In this document: positions 40,501 to 60,068 of the stretch, piece by piece
How the letters are laid out: every line of letters starts with the position of its first letter
How positions within the stretch are numbered: the stretch's first letter is position 1
Source: an uncultured Chthonomonadaceae bacterium
GTDB lineage: Bacteria > Armatimonadota > Chthonomonadetes > Chthonomonadales > Chthonomonadaceae
NCBI GenBank assembly: GCA_963835065.1
Contig: CAWIEK010000016.1
Location: 1 to 64,000, forward strand
Length of the DNA stretch: 64,000 bases
Reading direction: 5' to 3'
The notes under the pieces: generated by a model
Told to the model about the DNA's origin: nothing
What the model saw: the letters and a program-made list of their open reading frames with translations, nothing else
Databases searched by the model: none
Made by a program: the position numbers and the translations under genes

Positions 40501-40888
40501 CGCCCTGCGTAATCCAGCGCTTCAAGGTGGCGATTTGCGCGGCGGTCAGCGCCTTGTGGCCTTCGGCGGGCGGCATGATAGCGCCCTGCCCGGTCACGCG
40601 CCGGATGAGTTCACTGGCGTCGGGCTTGCCTTTCACGATGGCGGCGTGTCCGCTCCGGTCCATTGTGGCGTCGGCAAAGCGGTCCAGGCGCAGGTTGGCC
40701 TTGCGCGCGGCGGAGTCCGGGCCGTGACAGGTGAAACAGTTTTCCGCCAGAATGGGCCGTATGTCGCGGTTGTAGCGCAATACGCCCGGCTGTGGCGCGG
40801 ACTGACTGCGACCCGCGACAAGCAGCAAAGCAAATGCCGCCCATTTCGTCGTTGAATGTGGTAAACGTGTGCTATGTGCAGCCGTCAT
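37536..40888 (-). CDS. PSCyt1-DUF1549-LamG-DUF1553 protein (frameshifts near the 3' end, ~37790-37870)
   Basis: CFTCHGPD, WLDAARYADT, CAVCHDHKFDP, ARVTVNRFWQ, YRRSLYTFWKR, TPLQAL. Confidence 0.92.
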
Positions 40889-41124
40889 GCGTTGCCCTGC
40901 CTCCTGTGGCGTGATGCGATGGCGCGTTGGTATCAGCGCGGGGAGTAGTTTCGCGAATATTGTATCATATCGCGCGACGGATGTGCCGAACCGTCGCGCT
41001 TCTCTCTTCTGTCAGAGCGCGAAACCTGCCACCGGTTACAGCATTTTGGGTTAATCTTTCGGAGCGAACATGATATACTAAATGGACAAACCCGTTGATA
41101 TAAAAAATTGAGGAGAATCAAGCC

Positions 41125-41685
41125 ATGTTTCGACCCGAAATTGCGGCGGCAATGGCAGCCTACTTTTTAAGGCAAGCGCCGGAACAGAAACTCACCGATC
41201 TCGCGCTGATGCGGCTGATGGTTCTTTCTGAGCGGGAGTGTATGGCACAAACCACGTCACTTCTCACCGGCAGCGCGTTTGTGAGTACGCCGCATGGCCC
41301 GGTGTTGTCCGAAGTGTTGGATTTAATGACGGGAAGGATCGTTTCTCCCGCGTGGGATCGCTGTATCGGGTATGTCCCTCATGGCGAGTGGGGTACACGC
41401 GCGAATTACTGCTGCCTGCAACAAAACCTTGATGTTGGGGAAACCCTGAGCGAATTCGAGATTGGCCTTCTGGAGTGTGTCTGGAACCGGTTCGGGCAGA
41501 AAAGCAGGTGGGAGATCGCCGATATTCGCCATGAATTTCCAGAATGGGACAGCGCCTGTGCCGAAACACAAACCTCACGTCCGATTTCTATCCAATCCAT
41601 CTTTGAATTAGGGTTGCAGGAAAGCCGGCAAGTAGCCACAGAGCGAACGAGTGAACTAGAATACTTCGAGGCGGTATCCGCGTAA
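41125..41685 (+). CDS. Panacea (DUF4065/SocA-like) antitoxin
   Basis: AAYFL, LTG..FVSTPHGPVLSEVLDLM, LSEFEI, HEFPEW; extended -10 TGATATACT at 41071-41079. Confidence 0.75.
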   Translation: MFRPEIAAAMAAYFLRQAPEQKLTDLALMRLMVLSERECMAQTTSLLTGSAFVSTPHGPVLSEVLDLMTGRIVSPAWDRCIGYVPHGEWGTRANYCCLQQNLDVGETLSEFEIGLLECVWNRFGQKSRWEIADIRHEFPEWDSACAETQTSRPISIQSIFELGLQESRQVATERTSELEYFEAVSA

Positions 41686-41686
41686 C

Positions 41687-42157
41687 GTGGTGAATACAGG
41701 CGCTAAAAACGGAGTGGCTGAAGGGAATGTCTACAAAATTGACTTGCAAAATGGCAAGCCAGCCCACTACTACATCATCCTGAATGAGCCTCGAATTTTA
41801 GACGGAAAATTTCTGGCGGCTTCCTTTACGGATCGTCACAATTTTCCGTCCAATACCGATGTTTGGCCTCTTGACTATCCTTTATGCCCCACCCTTCTCC
41901 TTGCAAAACCTTCTGTGATTGCTCTGCGTTACGTGGAACTGAGGGATCAGCATTGGCTCAACGCGGATACCGTCGAATTCGTAAGCCGCAGTACGCCTGA
42001 CGCACTTAAGCGAGCAAGGTGTAACATCTTCTGGTTTTCACAGTTTTTGAGAGTAGATGTTCTGAAATTTGCGAGGTTCTACGAAAGCGAATGGAAACCC
42101 ACTTGTGGGGCGGTTCCGCAAGGAACACCGAAACCTATGGAGAACGCTTCTCCCTGA
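41687..42157 (+). CDS. Hypothetical protein, candidate Panacea-neutralised toxin (possibly PemK/MazF-like)
   Basis: Starts 1 nt after the Panacea stop; GNVYKI...KPAHYYIILN...AASFT...LLAKPSVI. Confidence 0.55.
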   Translation: MVNTGAKNGVAEGNVYKIDLQNGKPAHYYIILNEPRILDGKFLAASFTDRHNFPSNTDVWPLDYPLCPTLLLAKPSVIALRYVELRDQHWLNADTVEFVSRSTPDALKRARCNIFWFSQFLRVDVLKFARFYESEWKPTCGAVPQGTPKPMENASP

Positions 42158-42574
42158 GTCCTCTGGCCGAATGGGAGTAGATCACGGACGCGCGGAACCG
42201 GCGCAAGCAAAGGATGAAAAGACAAGGATGAAGGATGAAAAAGGAAATATGTAGAGGCAGCGTCGAAATCTTGGCAATACAGCGCTTCCAGCCCGATGTC
42301 TCGTTGTGTCAAGTTGTAGAAGAGAGGCGTCGTGACCTCAACAGCGTCAGGGCGAACGGGAGGGGTGGAGCATGGGCCTGTACCTCCTTTACTGTATAGT
42401 GGACGCATGTATTCTATAGACAGGGCATGTGGGGCAAAAGGTTCGCTTTTTTCGCGTTGTTTGGCTCTTTTTTCTGTCTTTTGTCTCTGTTTGCGGGATC
42501 GTTGCAAATCGGAGGAGGCTAATACATTCATTCGCCTAAATTATTGGGGTAGATCAGAGTTGACCATCGAAGAG

Positions 42575-42742
42575 CGCAACGAAATGAATTTCTTTGCTGT
42601 AGGGCCTGCGGCCAAGTGTGCTTCGCACACGCTCTTTTATTGAAAGTTGATTGCATGAAGGGGTGTCCGCGCGGGCGGACATTGGGACGTCAGGGGCGCA
42701 GCAAGCAAGCGCCCCTACAGCAAAGGAATTCATTTCGTTGCG
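42575..42742. repeat. REP-like palindrome
   Basis: cgcaacgaaatgaatttctttgctgtaggg / ccctacagcaaaggaattcatttcgttgcg. Confidence 0.8.
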
Positions 42743-42786
42743 ACCTTCCGCCTGCACAATATCACAGTATTCTGGTTAAGAAGGCA

Positions 42787-43713
42787 TTAATCCGCTGTAG
42801 TTGCTGCCTCATCAATCGCAGCGGCCAACGTGTCGTAAGTGGCGATAGTGTGCTGTACTTTCAGCAGACTGCTGAGACTGACGCCCTTTTGCTCCGCGAA
42901 CTTGGCGTTCAGCGTGGACGCCGCCACAACGTAGAACGTCCATTGCGCGATGTTGAGCGGGTCAATACTCTGCTTGTCCGTATGGTGCAGTAGGCAGAAT
43001 ACGTACACATCGGCCTGACGGCGCTTTTCTTCCTCGTACTTGCCGGTTGTCCTGTCCCAAGAGAGAGAAGGACTGATGCTGAACTGAATAGTAGACAGGC
43101 GGGCATGTGACCATGATTGCAGGTACGCACATGACTTTACTTCTACCTTCACGCCCTGCTCTGTTTTGACATCGTAGGCATCCCACTCGTCTCTCACTCC
43201 CTGCGTTTGTCCCAACGCGGAAGCGACAAGAAACTCCGCAAAAATGCCTCGTGTGGCATTGCTAACCAAGTCCGAAACAGACCACCGCCAGAAATTCAAC
43301 ACCGTCGCGTTAAGTGGCTGCCCGTTATCATGTATAGTCTCACTCCCTTGCAGCGGGCTAACTTGCAGAGCCGGGTAGTCATGCGCTTTCACTTCTTCCA
43401 TGATTTTGCTAACCTCCACAAGTGGCGTAACGTCCCGATTAGTAGTAAGCCCCGGCTTACAACGTTTGCAAACAACTATCGTCACATTATTGTTTTTAGC
43501 CCATACCTCAAGTTCATTACGGTCATCGGAGGCGATCTTAGGATTTTCAGTGCTGCCGTACCCCTCAGCAGGATTCATGCCACTACAGCCAACCTTGTGC
43601 AGCATCCACTCGCCCTTCTTCGGACGCTTGTTCAGATAGAAGCCGTGAAGATGTTGTGCCAGCCAAAGTTGGCACTGCATATCTTGTTCTTTGTTAAAGA
43701 ATTCCTCTACCAT
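42787..43713 (-). CDS. Two-domain protein: His/Cys N-terminal domain plus a restriction-endonuclease-like domain
   Basis: LHKVGC, CKRC; RGIFAEFLVA...WDAYDV...VEVKSCAYLQSW...ADVYVF; SD GGAAGG. Confidence 0.7.
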   Translation of the reverse strand: MVEEFFNKEQDMQCQLWLAQHLHGFYLNKRPKKGEWMLHKVGCSGMNPAEGYGSTENPKIASDDRNELEVWAKNNNVTIVVCKRCKPGLTTNRDVTPLVEVSKIMEEVKAHDYPALQVSPLQGSETIHDNGQPLNATVLNFWRWSVSDLVSNATRGIFAEFLVASALGQTQGVRDEWDAYDVKTEQGVKVEVKSCAYLQSWSHARLSTIQFSISPSLSWDRTTGKYEEEKRRQADVYVFCLLHHTDKQSIDPLNIAQWTFYVVAASTLNAKFAEQKGVSLSSLLKVQHTIATYDTLAAAIDEAATTAD

Positions 43714-43821
43714 GTTGCTGCCTTCCTTGAGGGGTAATTCTTAATTGCCTGCTCACCTTACGTGAGGAAAATTCTCCCTATCGCGCTGGAATGAATTCTT
43801 TAGTAAATTTGATTGATGGTT

Positions 43822-44130
43822 CTATAACAAACAGAAATCTTTGAGAACGGTTGGAATGTGGTCGGCGGCCCAATCGGTTTCCAGATGAACGCGGATGTGG
43901 TCGCCGGGGCTGACTTCGCGGCGTAAACGTTCCTGCAAAATGGCATCCGTTACCCACACCGCTTTGGAGAAGTGCCTGATTGCGCCATTGTCCAGCGTGA
44001 GCGCCAGAACAAAGGTCAGGTGGAGAGGGTTGCCGTACTCTATATGCGAAACCGTCACCGGCAGCCACCGCGTATACAGGCGCGACGGTCCCTCTGTAGC
44101 CGCGTCCGGCGAAAGAATGGTTTCACTCAT
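43822..44130 (-). CDS. Hypothetical protein
   Basis: SD AAGGAG; 102 aa. Confidence 0.6.
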   Translation of the reverse strand: MSETILSPDAATEGPSRLYTRWLPVTVSHIEYGNPLHLTFVLALTLDNGAIRHFSKAVWVTDAILQERLRREVSPGDHIRVHLETDWAADHIPTVLKDFCLL

Positions 44131-44329
44131 TATCTGCTCCTTAATCCAACGTTATGCGGTCTTCCTGTTCCAATCGCTGCAAGCGCTTGCTGGTAGGCTC
44201 GCCGGTTCCCTAATCAGACAAGAGGGTATCTGTCAGACTGTCGGCGTTGTTCTCGGACATTCACCTTCCTTCACCATAGTAGTTTATAATGTTGCCATGC
44301 AATCAGGCTTCTATTATACCTTTCTGCGT

Positions 44330-44449
44330 TTACAGGCGGAACGGGCTGGCGCTGAGGCCGATATTGACGCGGGTTTTGCTGTAGACGGTTTCGCCCGCTT
44401 TCTGGTTCTCGTTGTTGTAGAGTTCGATGCGGTGGGACGTGTCGAGGCT
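44330..44449 (-). pseudogene. Internally deleted 3' remnant of the LolA-like gene (1982-2782)
   Basis: Matches 1982-2083 joined to 2218-2242 at the microhomology CGATGCG. Confidence 0.8.
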
Positions 44450-45347
44450 AGCGGTTTTCCAGCAGGCGAGCTAAATAGCCTTCCTCTTTCCGTATCGGCT
44501 TCCAACCCGAAGAACTCCGAGTGAGCCAGACAACAACATGCTTGGGCAAGTCCTTTTCGGCCTCTAATCCATATACTGCAACGTGTGAGGAGACAACCAT
44601 AGATTTTACCTGGGGAACATTCGTACCTATATGCCGCGACCATTGCAGGAAATCAAAAACCAGAGAGCCAACCTCGCTGTTTTGATAACTTCCATCCGGT
44701 TGCTTCACCGCCAGGTCAAATGTAGAGGAAGTTTTTTGATAATGTTCGGCAAAACTGACGACGGAATAATCAGATGTCCAGGCGATTAACTGATCGTAGT
44801 CCCGGTTGTCAAAGATATCAACCGAGAAATTATCAATTAAGTCGTCTGTTGGACCACCTATATCAACACCAACTTGGATAGCAGGATACCAGTGTTGTTG
44901 TTTCATAATCCGATGGATTTCCGTTTGGACAGCGGGATTCAAGGCTCCTTTGCTGAGAAAACTGTCGTCAGCCTGCTCCTGCGTAATGGGTTCTGAGGAT
45001 TTACTCGGCAGCGACAGCAGAATGACTTTCCTGGTGGTGGGATCTCCCATCGTGCAATAAAGGTGTCCGCGATACACCAGGAGCGTACTCAGCGGCTCCA
45101 GCGTTTGTGGCAGTTTCCAGTCCGCTACCCTGCGACCTTTTGCCGTCCACTCTTTGACGTGATAGCCGTCTGTAAACCGCGCGTAAGTGTACAGGTGTTT
45201 CGATTGTAAACCATAAGCCAGATCGAACACCTTATCAACCTCTATAGAGCGCATGTGGAGAACATTCTGGCCTTTGCTGCCTGCAAAGACTTGCGACGTT
45301 TGAATTTGCGCGGAGAATAGCAGGCAAGTCAGGGCTGGAACAAGCAT
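44448..45347 (-). CDS. Secreted hypothetical protein
   Basis: 299 aa, short signal-like N-terminus, SD GAGG. Confidence 0.7.
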   Translation of the reverse strand: MLVPALTCLLFSAQIQTSQVFAGSKGQNVLHMRSIEVDKVFDLAYGLQSKHLYTYARFTDGYHVKEWTAKGRRVADWKLPQTLEPLSTLLVYRGHLYCTMGDPTTRKVILLSLPSKSSEPITQEQADDSFLSKGALNPAVQTEIHRIMKQQHWYPAIQVGVDIGGPTDDLIDNFSVDIFDNRDYDQLIAWTSDYSVVSFAEHYQKTSSTFDLAVKQPDGSYQNSEVGSLVFDFLQWSRHIGTNVPQVKSMVVSSHVAVYGLEAEKDLPKHVVVWLTRSSSGWKPIRKEEGYLARLLENR

Positions 45348-45412
45348 TTTGCGCCTCTCAATAATGCGAACAATGAGTTGTTCGTCTTTCTCGCTTTGTG
45401 AAAACAGCTACA

Positions 45413-45800
45413 GGTATAATGTTGCCGGATGAGGAGAGATGAAAAAAAGAGAGGGTAAGTTTGACGACTTATCCCTCTCTGTTCAACTCTTCGCGTATGC
45501 GCGGTACGGTTCAGGCGCGCATACCGCGCAAGGACATTCGTGTGCAACCACGATGTATCCCTGTGGCAGCGCCATGTAGGAGAAGACAATGGAAACGATC
45601 TTCCATGTCCTGGGCATCGTGTATTACACGATGGCGATTACTCACCTCGTCTCTGAGTACATTCAGAAAAACAAGGCGAAAGAGTAGGCCATAGCCCACA
45701 TCCCCGTCAGGGTGTAGCGCCCCTGGCGGGGTTTGTCTCAACCTGAAATATCCGCATACGCACCGGAACTTTCGCCCCGATAAGTTATTGTATCACAAAA
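45413..45800. repeat. Structured repeat element, copy 2 (candidate type I toxin-antitoxin locus)
   Basis: Homologous to 3738-4124; TATAAT at 45415-45420 and minus-strand TGATACAAT at 45795-45787. Confidence 0.85.
45589..45687 (+). CDS. 32-aa peptide METIFHVLGIVYYTMAITHLVSEYIQKNKAKE (putative type I toxin)
   Basis: SD AGGAG; conserved with 3912-4010. Confidence 0.75.
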   Translation: METIFHVLGIVYYTMAITHLVSEYIQKNKAKE

Positions 45801-46007
45801 CCTGCGTTTCTACAGAGTTGAGATGGGCTGGATTTCATAATTTTCTGGAAAAACCTGCGGCGTTTTGAAACCGCCGGCCTGAAGCGGCTGCAACAAGACG
45901 TTTCGGGCCGGGCAAACAAAAGCGCGCCGACTGCGTATCTCCAAAGGATTACGCCATTCCAAGTAGTCGCCGAGTACACAGTGTTGTGCCACAGGAGCGC
46001 GTTCGCC

Positions 46008-47478
46008 ATGACTGCCAACCCCATGCCGCCGTTTGATTTACGCGCCCGCGCGCATCAGGCTATGCTTGATAACGGGTTCACGCCCGACATGACTCCCGAT
46101 GTGGCCGCGCAGGTGCGGCAGTTGGCGCAGCATACCGATACGTCGGCAGCATCCAATGCGCGCGATTTGCGGCATTTGCTGTGGTCGTCCATTGACAACG
46201 ACGATTCGCGGGATTTGGATCAGATCGAAGTGGCGGAAAGTTTGGCGGACGATGCGATTCGCGTTCTGGTGGGCATTGCCGATGTGGACGCTTATGTTCC
46301 CGACGGCTCGCCCATTGACCGCCATGCGCGGGCAAACGGCGTAACGGTGTATACGGGCGTGGAAACGTTTCCCATGCTGCCGGAAGAACTGTCTACCGGC
46401 CTGACTTCGCTTTTGGAAGACCAGCCCCGGCTTGCCATTATCATTGATATGACCGTTGACGCGAAAGGCACTGTTACCGCCAGTGACGTGTACCCCGCCC
46501 TGACGCAGAACCGCGCCCGTCTGACGTATAACGCGGTTGGCGCGTGGCTTGATGGACAAGCCCCTATTCCCCCGCCCGTCGCGCAGGTTGCCGGGTTGGA
46601 AGACCAGATACGGCTTCAGCACCAGGCGGCGCAACGTATCCATGCGTACCGGCAGGAGCAAGGCGCACTCGAATTTGAAACTGTCGAGGCCATGCCCGTC
46701 ACGCAGAACGGGAATGTGGTTGATCTAACCGTGAACCGCAAGAACGCGGCAAGCAGTTTGATCGAAAACTTCATGGTGGCCGCCAATACCACGATGGCGA
46801 CGTTTTTGGAGGCCCGTAAAGTGGCGTCCCTGCAGCGCGTGGTTCGCGCCCCGCAGCGCTGGGACAGGATCGTGGAAATCGCGCGGCAATTCGGCGATAC
46901 GCTTCCCGATACGCCCGATTCCCGCGCCCTTGCCGATTTCCTGACACGGCGCAAAGCCGCCGATCCCGACCATTTTCCCGACCTGTCGCTTTCCATTGTG
47001 AAGCTGCTCGGTCCGGGCGAGTACGCGGTTGTGGACGATCCTTCCGATCCGCAGGGGCATTTCGGATTGGCCGCGTACCGCTATACGCACTCCACCGCGC
47101 CCAACCGCCGCTATCCCGACCTGATTATTCAGCGCCTGCTTAAAGCCGTCGTTCACCAGACTCCCCCACCCTACTCCCTTGACGCCCTGAACGCCATCGC
47201 CGCCCAATGTAACCTGCGCGACGCGGCTTCCCGCAAAGTGGAGCGGCTGATGCGCAAAGTGATCGCCGCCACGCTTGCTCAGTAAGCACATCGGGCAGGA
47301 ATACGATGCCATTGTCACGGGCGCAACTCCCAAAGGCACGTTCGTTCGCCTGCTTTCCCCGCCCGTCGAAGGCCGCATTGTCCGCAACGAAGCCGGCCTT
47401 GACGTGGGCGACAAACTCCGCGTCCGCCTGCTGTCCACCGACGCCGAACGCGGCTTCATAGATTTCGCAAGGGAGTAG
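46008..47478 (+). CDS. RNB-domain exoribonuclease (RNase II/R family); frameshift near 47278
   Basis: SIDNDDSRDLDQ, VGIADVD, LIENFMVAAN, HFGLA, YTHSTAPNRRYPDL; C-terminal S1-like part in 47275..47478. Confidence 0.9.
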
Positions 47479-47564
47479 GGTACACTCTCAAAACCATACA
47501 ACCCTAAAACCATAGAACCCTAACACCCTAACACCCTATTCTTTGAAACGAGGATCGAACGCGC

Positions 47565-57702
<10,138 letters not shown>

Positions 57703-57864
57703 TGTCTTGAACCATGATTTATGTGATTTTTAGGATTATCATGATTCTATGGCACATTCCCTGTCTTCAACGATACAAGGTATGTGATCAGAGGAAAAAC
57801 ATCAGGAACGCGCTTCCTCAATCATGGTAATCACAATAACCACATAAATCATGGTTCCAGACAA
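57703..57864. repeat. MITE-like palindrome, copy 2; supplies the stop codon of the convergent gene
   Basis: tgtcttgaaccatgatttatgtg...cacataaatcatggttccagaca. Confidence 0.8.
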
Positions 57865-58457
57865 AAACGGGTGTAATCTTCGGGCGTATCCACATCCAAA
57901 GCGCCCTGTGGAAACGGGATGGTAGCAATATCGTCGGGATGTTTGGTGAAAATCTGTTTTGCGCCCGCCGCGCCCTGTAAAGCCAGCAGTTCAGGATACA
58001 GCGAACTGTCTAATAACGCCGGTACGCCTATGCTGCCGCCGTATTCACAGGCGACAATCGGCTTGCGTGTTTCGCGCCACGTTACTGCCATTTCCGTCAG
58101 CAGTTGGGGCGTGACGAACGGCTGATCGCACAACATGAAGAGTAGGGAGTAGGGAGTAGGGAGTAGGGAGTAGGCCGTTGTTGCGCCGGCTTGCAGGGAA
58201 CTGCTCATGCCTTGCTGCCAGTTGGGATTGAGGGCAATGTAAACCTCTAAGCCGTTCAGTTCGGGGCGGAGCAGGTCGGCGTTTGCGCCTAAAACGACAA
58301 TGACGGGGCGGAAGGGTGTGGCAAGCGCGGTTTGGGCGGCATGGCGCAGCAGGCTTTGCCCGCGAAACAACAGCAGTTGCTTGGGCTGTCCCATGCGCGC
58401 CGACTCGCCCGCCGCCAAAATCACAATCGCCACAGTGTGGCGCACAACTGCTTCCAT
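57849..58457 (-). CDS. MocA/YgfJ-like molybdenum cofactor cytidylyltransferase family protein
   Basis: ILAAGESARMGQPKQLL, GMSSSL, LCDQP, DVDTPEDY. Confidence 0.88.
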   Translation of the reverse strand: MEAVVRHTVAIVILAAGESARMGQPKQLLLFRGQSLLRHAAQTALATPFRPVIVVLGANADLLRPELNGLEVYIALNPNWQQGMSSSLQAGATTAYSLLPTPYSLLFMLCDQPFVTPQLLTEMAVTWRETRKPIVACEYGGSIGVPALLDSSLYPELLALQGAAGAKQIFTKHPDDIATIPFPQGALDVDTPEDYTRFCLEP

Positions 58458-58493
58458 AACAACTTATGCCATTTCCGCCGTAATCAGCGCCGT

Positions 58494-59997
58494 TTAGAAT
58501 GTACGGACGCCCTTCTTGAGCGTGTTGTCCCAGCGATGGGCGCAAAGGTAGTCCAGAGCGGCGTGGAGGGCGCGGGGCGTGTTTGAGCGCCGCAGGATTT
58601 CCACGCCGAAGCCGCCGACATAGCCGCACTCATCCGGCAGGGTGGCAATAATCAAGTCCAGCCACTCGTCAGACTGCGGTTTCAGGCGCAATAATGCCAT
58701 CATTGCGTTTGTACGCACCTGATTTTGCCCGGTCCAGGCGCGGCGCAGGGGCGTTTGCCAGTCGGGGTTCGTCTGTCAGCAGCAGGCGGCGGAAGTGGGG
58801 CAGCGCGTCGTCCGTGAGAACGCCGATTTGTCCGAGCGCGTCAAGGGCAGTGCGTACTACCGGGTGTGAGGGATGCTGCAATTTGCGCAGAATAGGCGGA
58901 TAAGCGTCTTTGGCCTCTGACCCGATCTCGCCCAATGCGAACAGGGCATTGATCTGCACCCATTCACTCGCATTATCCAGCAGGCCGACAAGCGGGGGAA
59001 CGGCGGACGCGCCCATAGCGGCAAGGGCATACGCGCTGTTCTCCATCACGATTGCGCCCTCGTTCCAGCCGTCCTTTGTACGTCCGGCAAGGTCTGCAAT
59101 CAAAGGCTCAACCGCCGCTTTTCCTATTGCCGCCAGCGCATAGATAGCGTTTTGGCGAATGGGGTCATTGTCCTCCATTGCCGCCTTCAGGCCGGGAATG
59201 GCAGCCGTATCCGCTGATGCTTCCGGCTCCGGCTTGCGCCCACACAGCCAGTCCCACTGCCGACGCCACACGATTTCGGAATCAGCGGGCGCTTCGTGGC
59301 TTTCCGGGGTTCGCCATTCGGGTTCCCGGCAGTCCCATGTCGGCGCGGTTGGTTCTTCGACGCGCGCAAAAACGAACTTTACCATGTGCCGCGTCCGGTC
59401 GGCGGAATTGAAAGAGCCGCCATGCACGGCGTCAAAATGGACAAGTACGCAGGTTCCCCTGCCGCCGCTGCACTGCCTGCCGCGTTCACGGTCAGCAGGC
59501 GTGTGAGTACGATAAAGTTGCGTGGCGGGAATTAGTTGGGTTGGCCCCATTTCGTTCGGGGTGTCCTGCGGATAGTAGAGGAGCATGGCATAGCGCGGAA
59601 AATGGTGGCGCGGGCGCGAGAGCGGGCTGTGGTCGTCCTGATGCCAGCCGACAAAGGTATGGGACCCCTTGCCGACTCTGGTTTCTTTCGCCGTGACCTC
59701 GCCGCCCGGCTCGTTGTTATGTGCAAAACGGTGCGGATGCAACACCGAATTGCGGCCCAACACGCTTGTCAGCGCCCCGCGTATAGTCGGGCTGTCCAGC
59801 ACAATCTGCATTTCCGGCACGGCAGGCAAGACGTTGTTGCCGGGGTTGCTTTCCTGATGCATCAACCATTGCAGCCGGTCATAAATGGTCTGATGAATCT
59901 CCCCGTCCACGTCCGCATTCAGTATCAAATAGCCATCCGTGATGAAACGGCGCATCTGCGCATCCGTCAGCAATACCTCGTCTTGTGTCCTCGCCAT
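58494..59997 (-). CDS. Phytanoyl-CoA-dioxygenase-like domain fused to HEAT repeats (frameshift near 58720-58765)
   Basis: FITDGYL, WHQD, YYPQD, GPTQLIPAT, HGG; HEAT-like NAIYALAAIG, NALFALGEIG, TALDALGQIG. Confidence 0.8.
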
Positions 59998-60068
59998 ATT
60001 TTTGCCTCTTCCAACACGCTTTACAGTTGCCGTCTTTTCGCCACACGTGAGGTTCATTCCTCCCCCGC

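Noticed and set aside
42079..42540. 150-aa minus-strand ORF as a gene
   Set aside because: Runs through a heptamer array and overlaps the putative toxin; at most a remnant, with no recognisable motif
44141..44260. Short minus-strand reading MSENNADSLTDTLLSD*...
   Set aside because: Has an SD-like sequence but an early stop and is too short to assign
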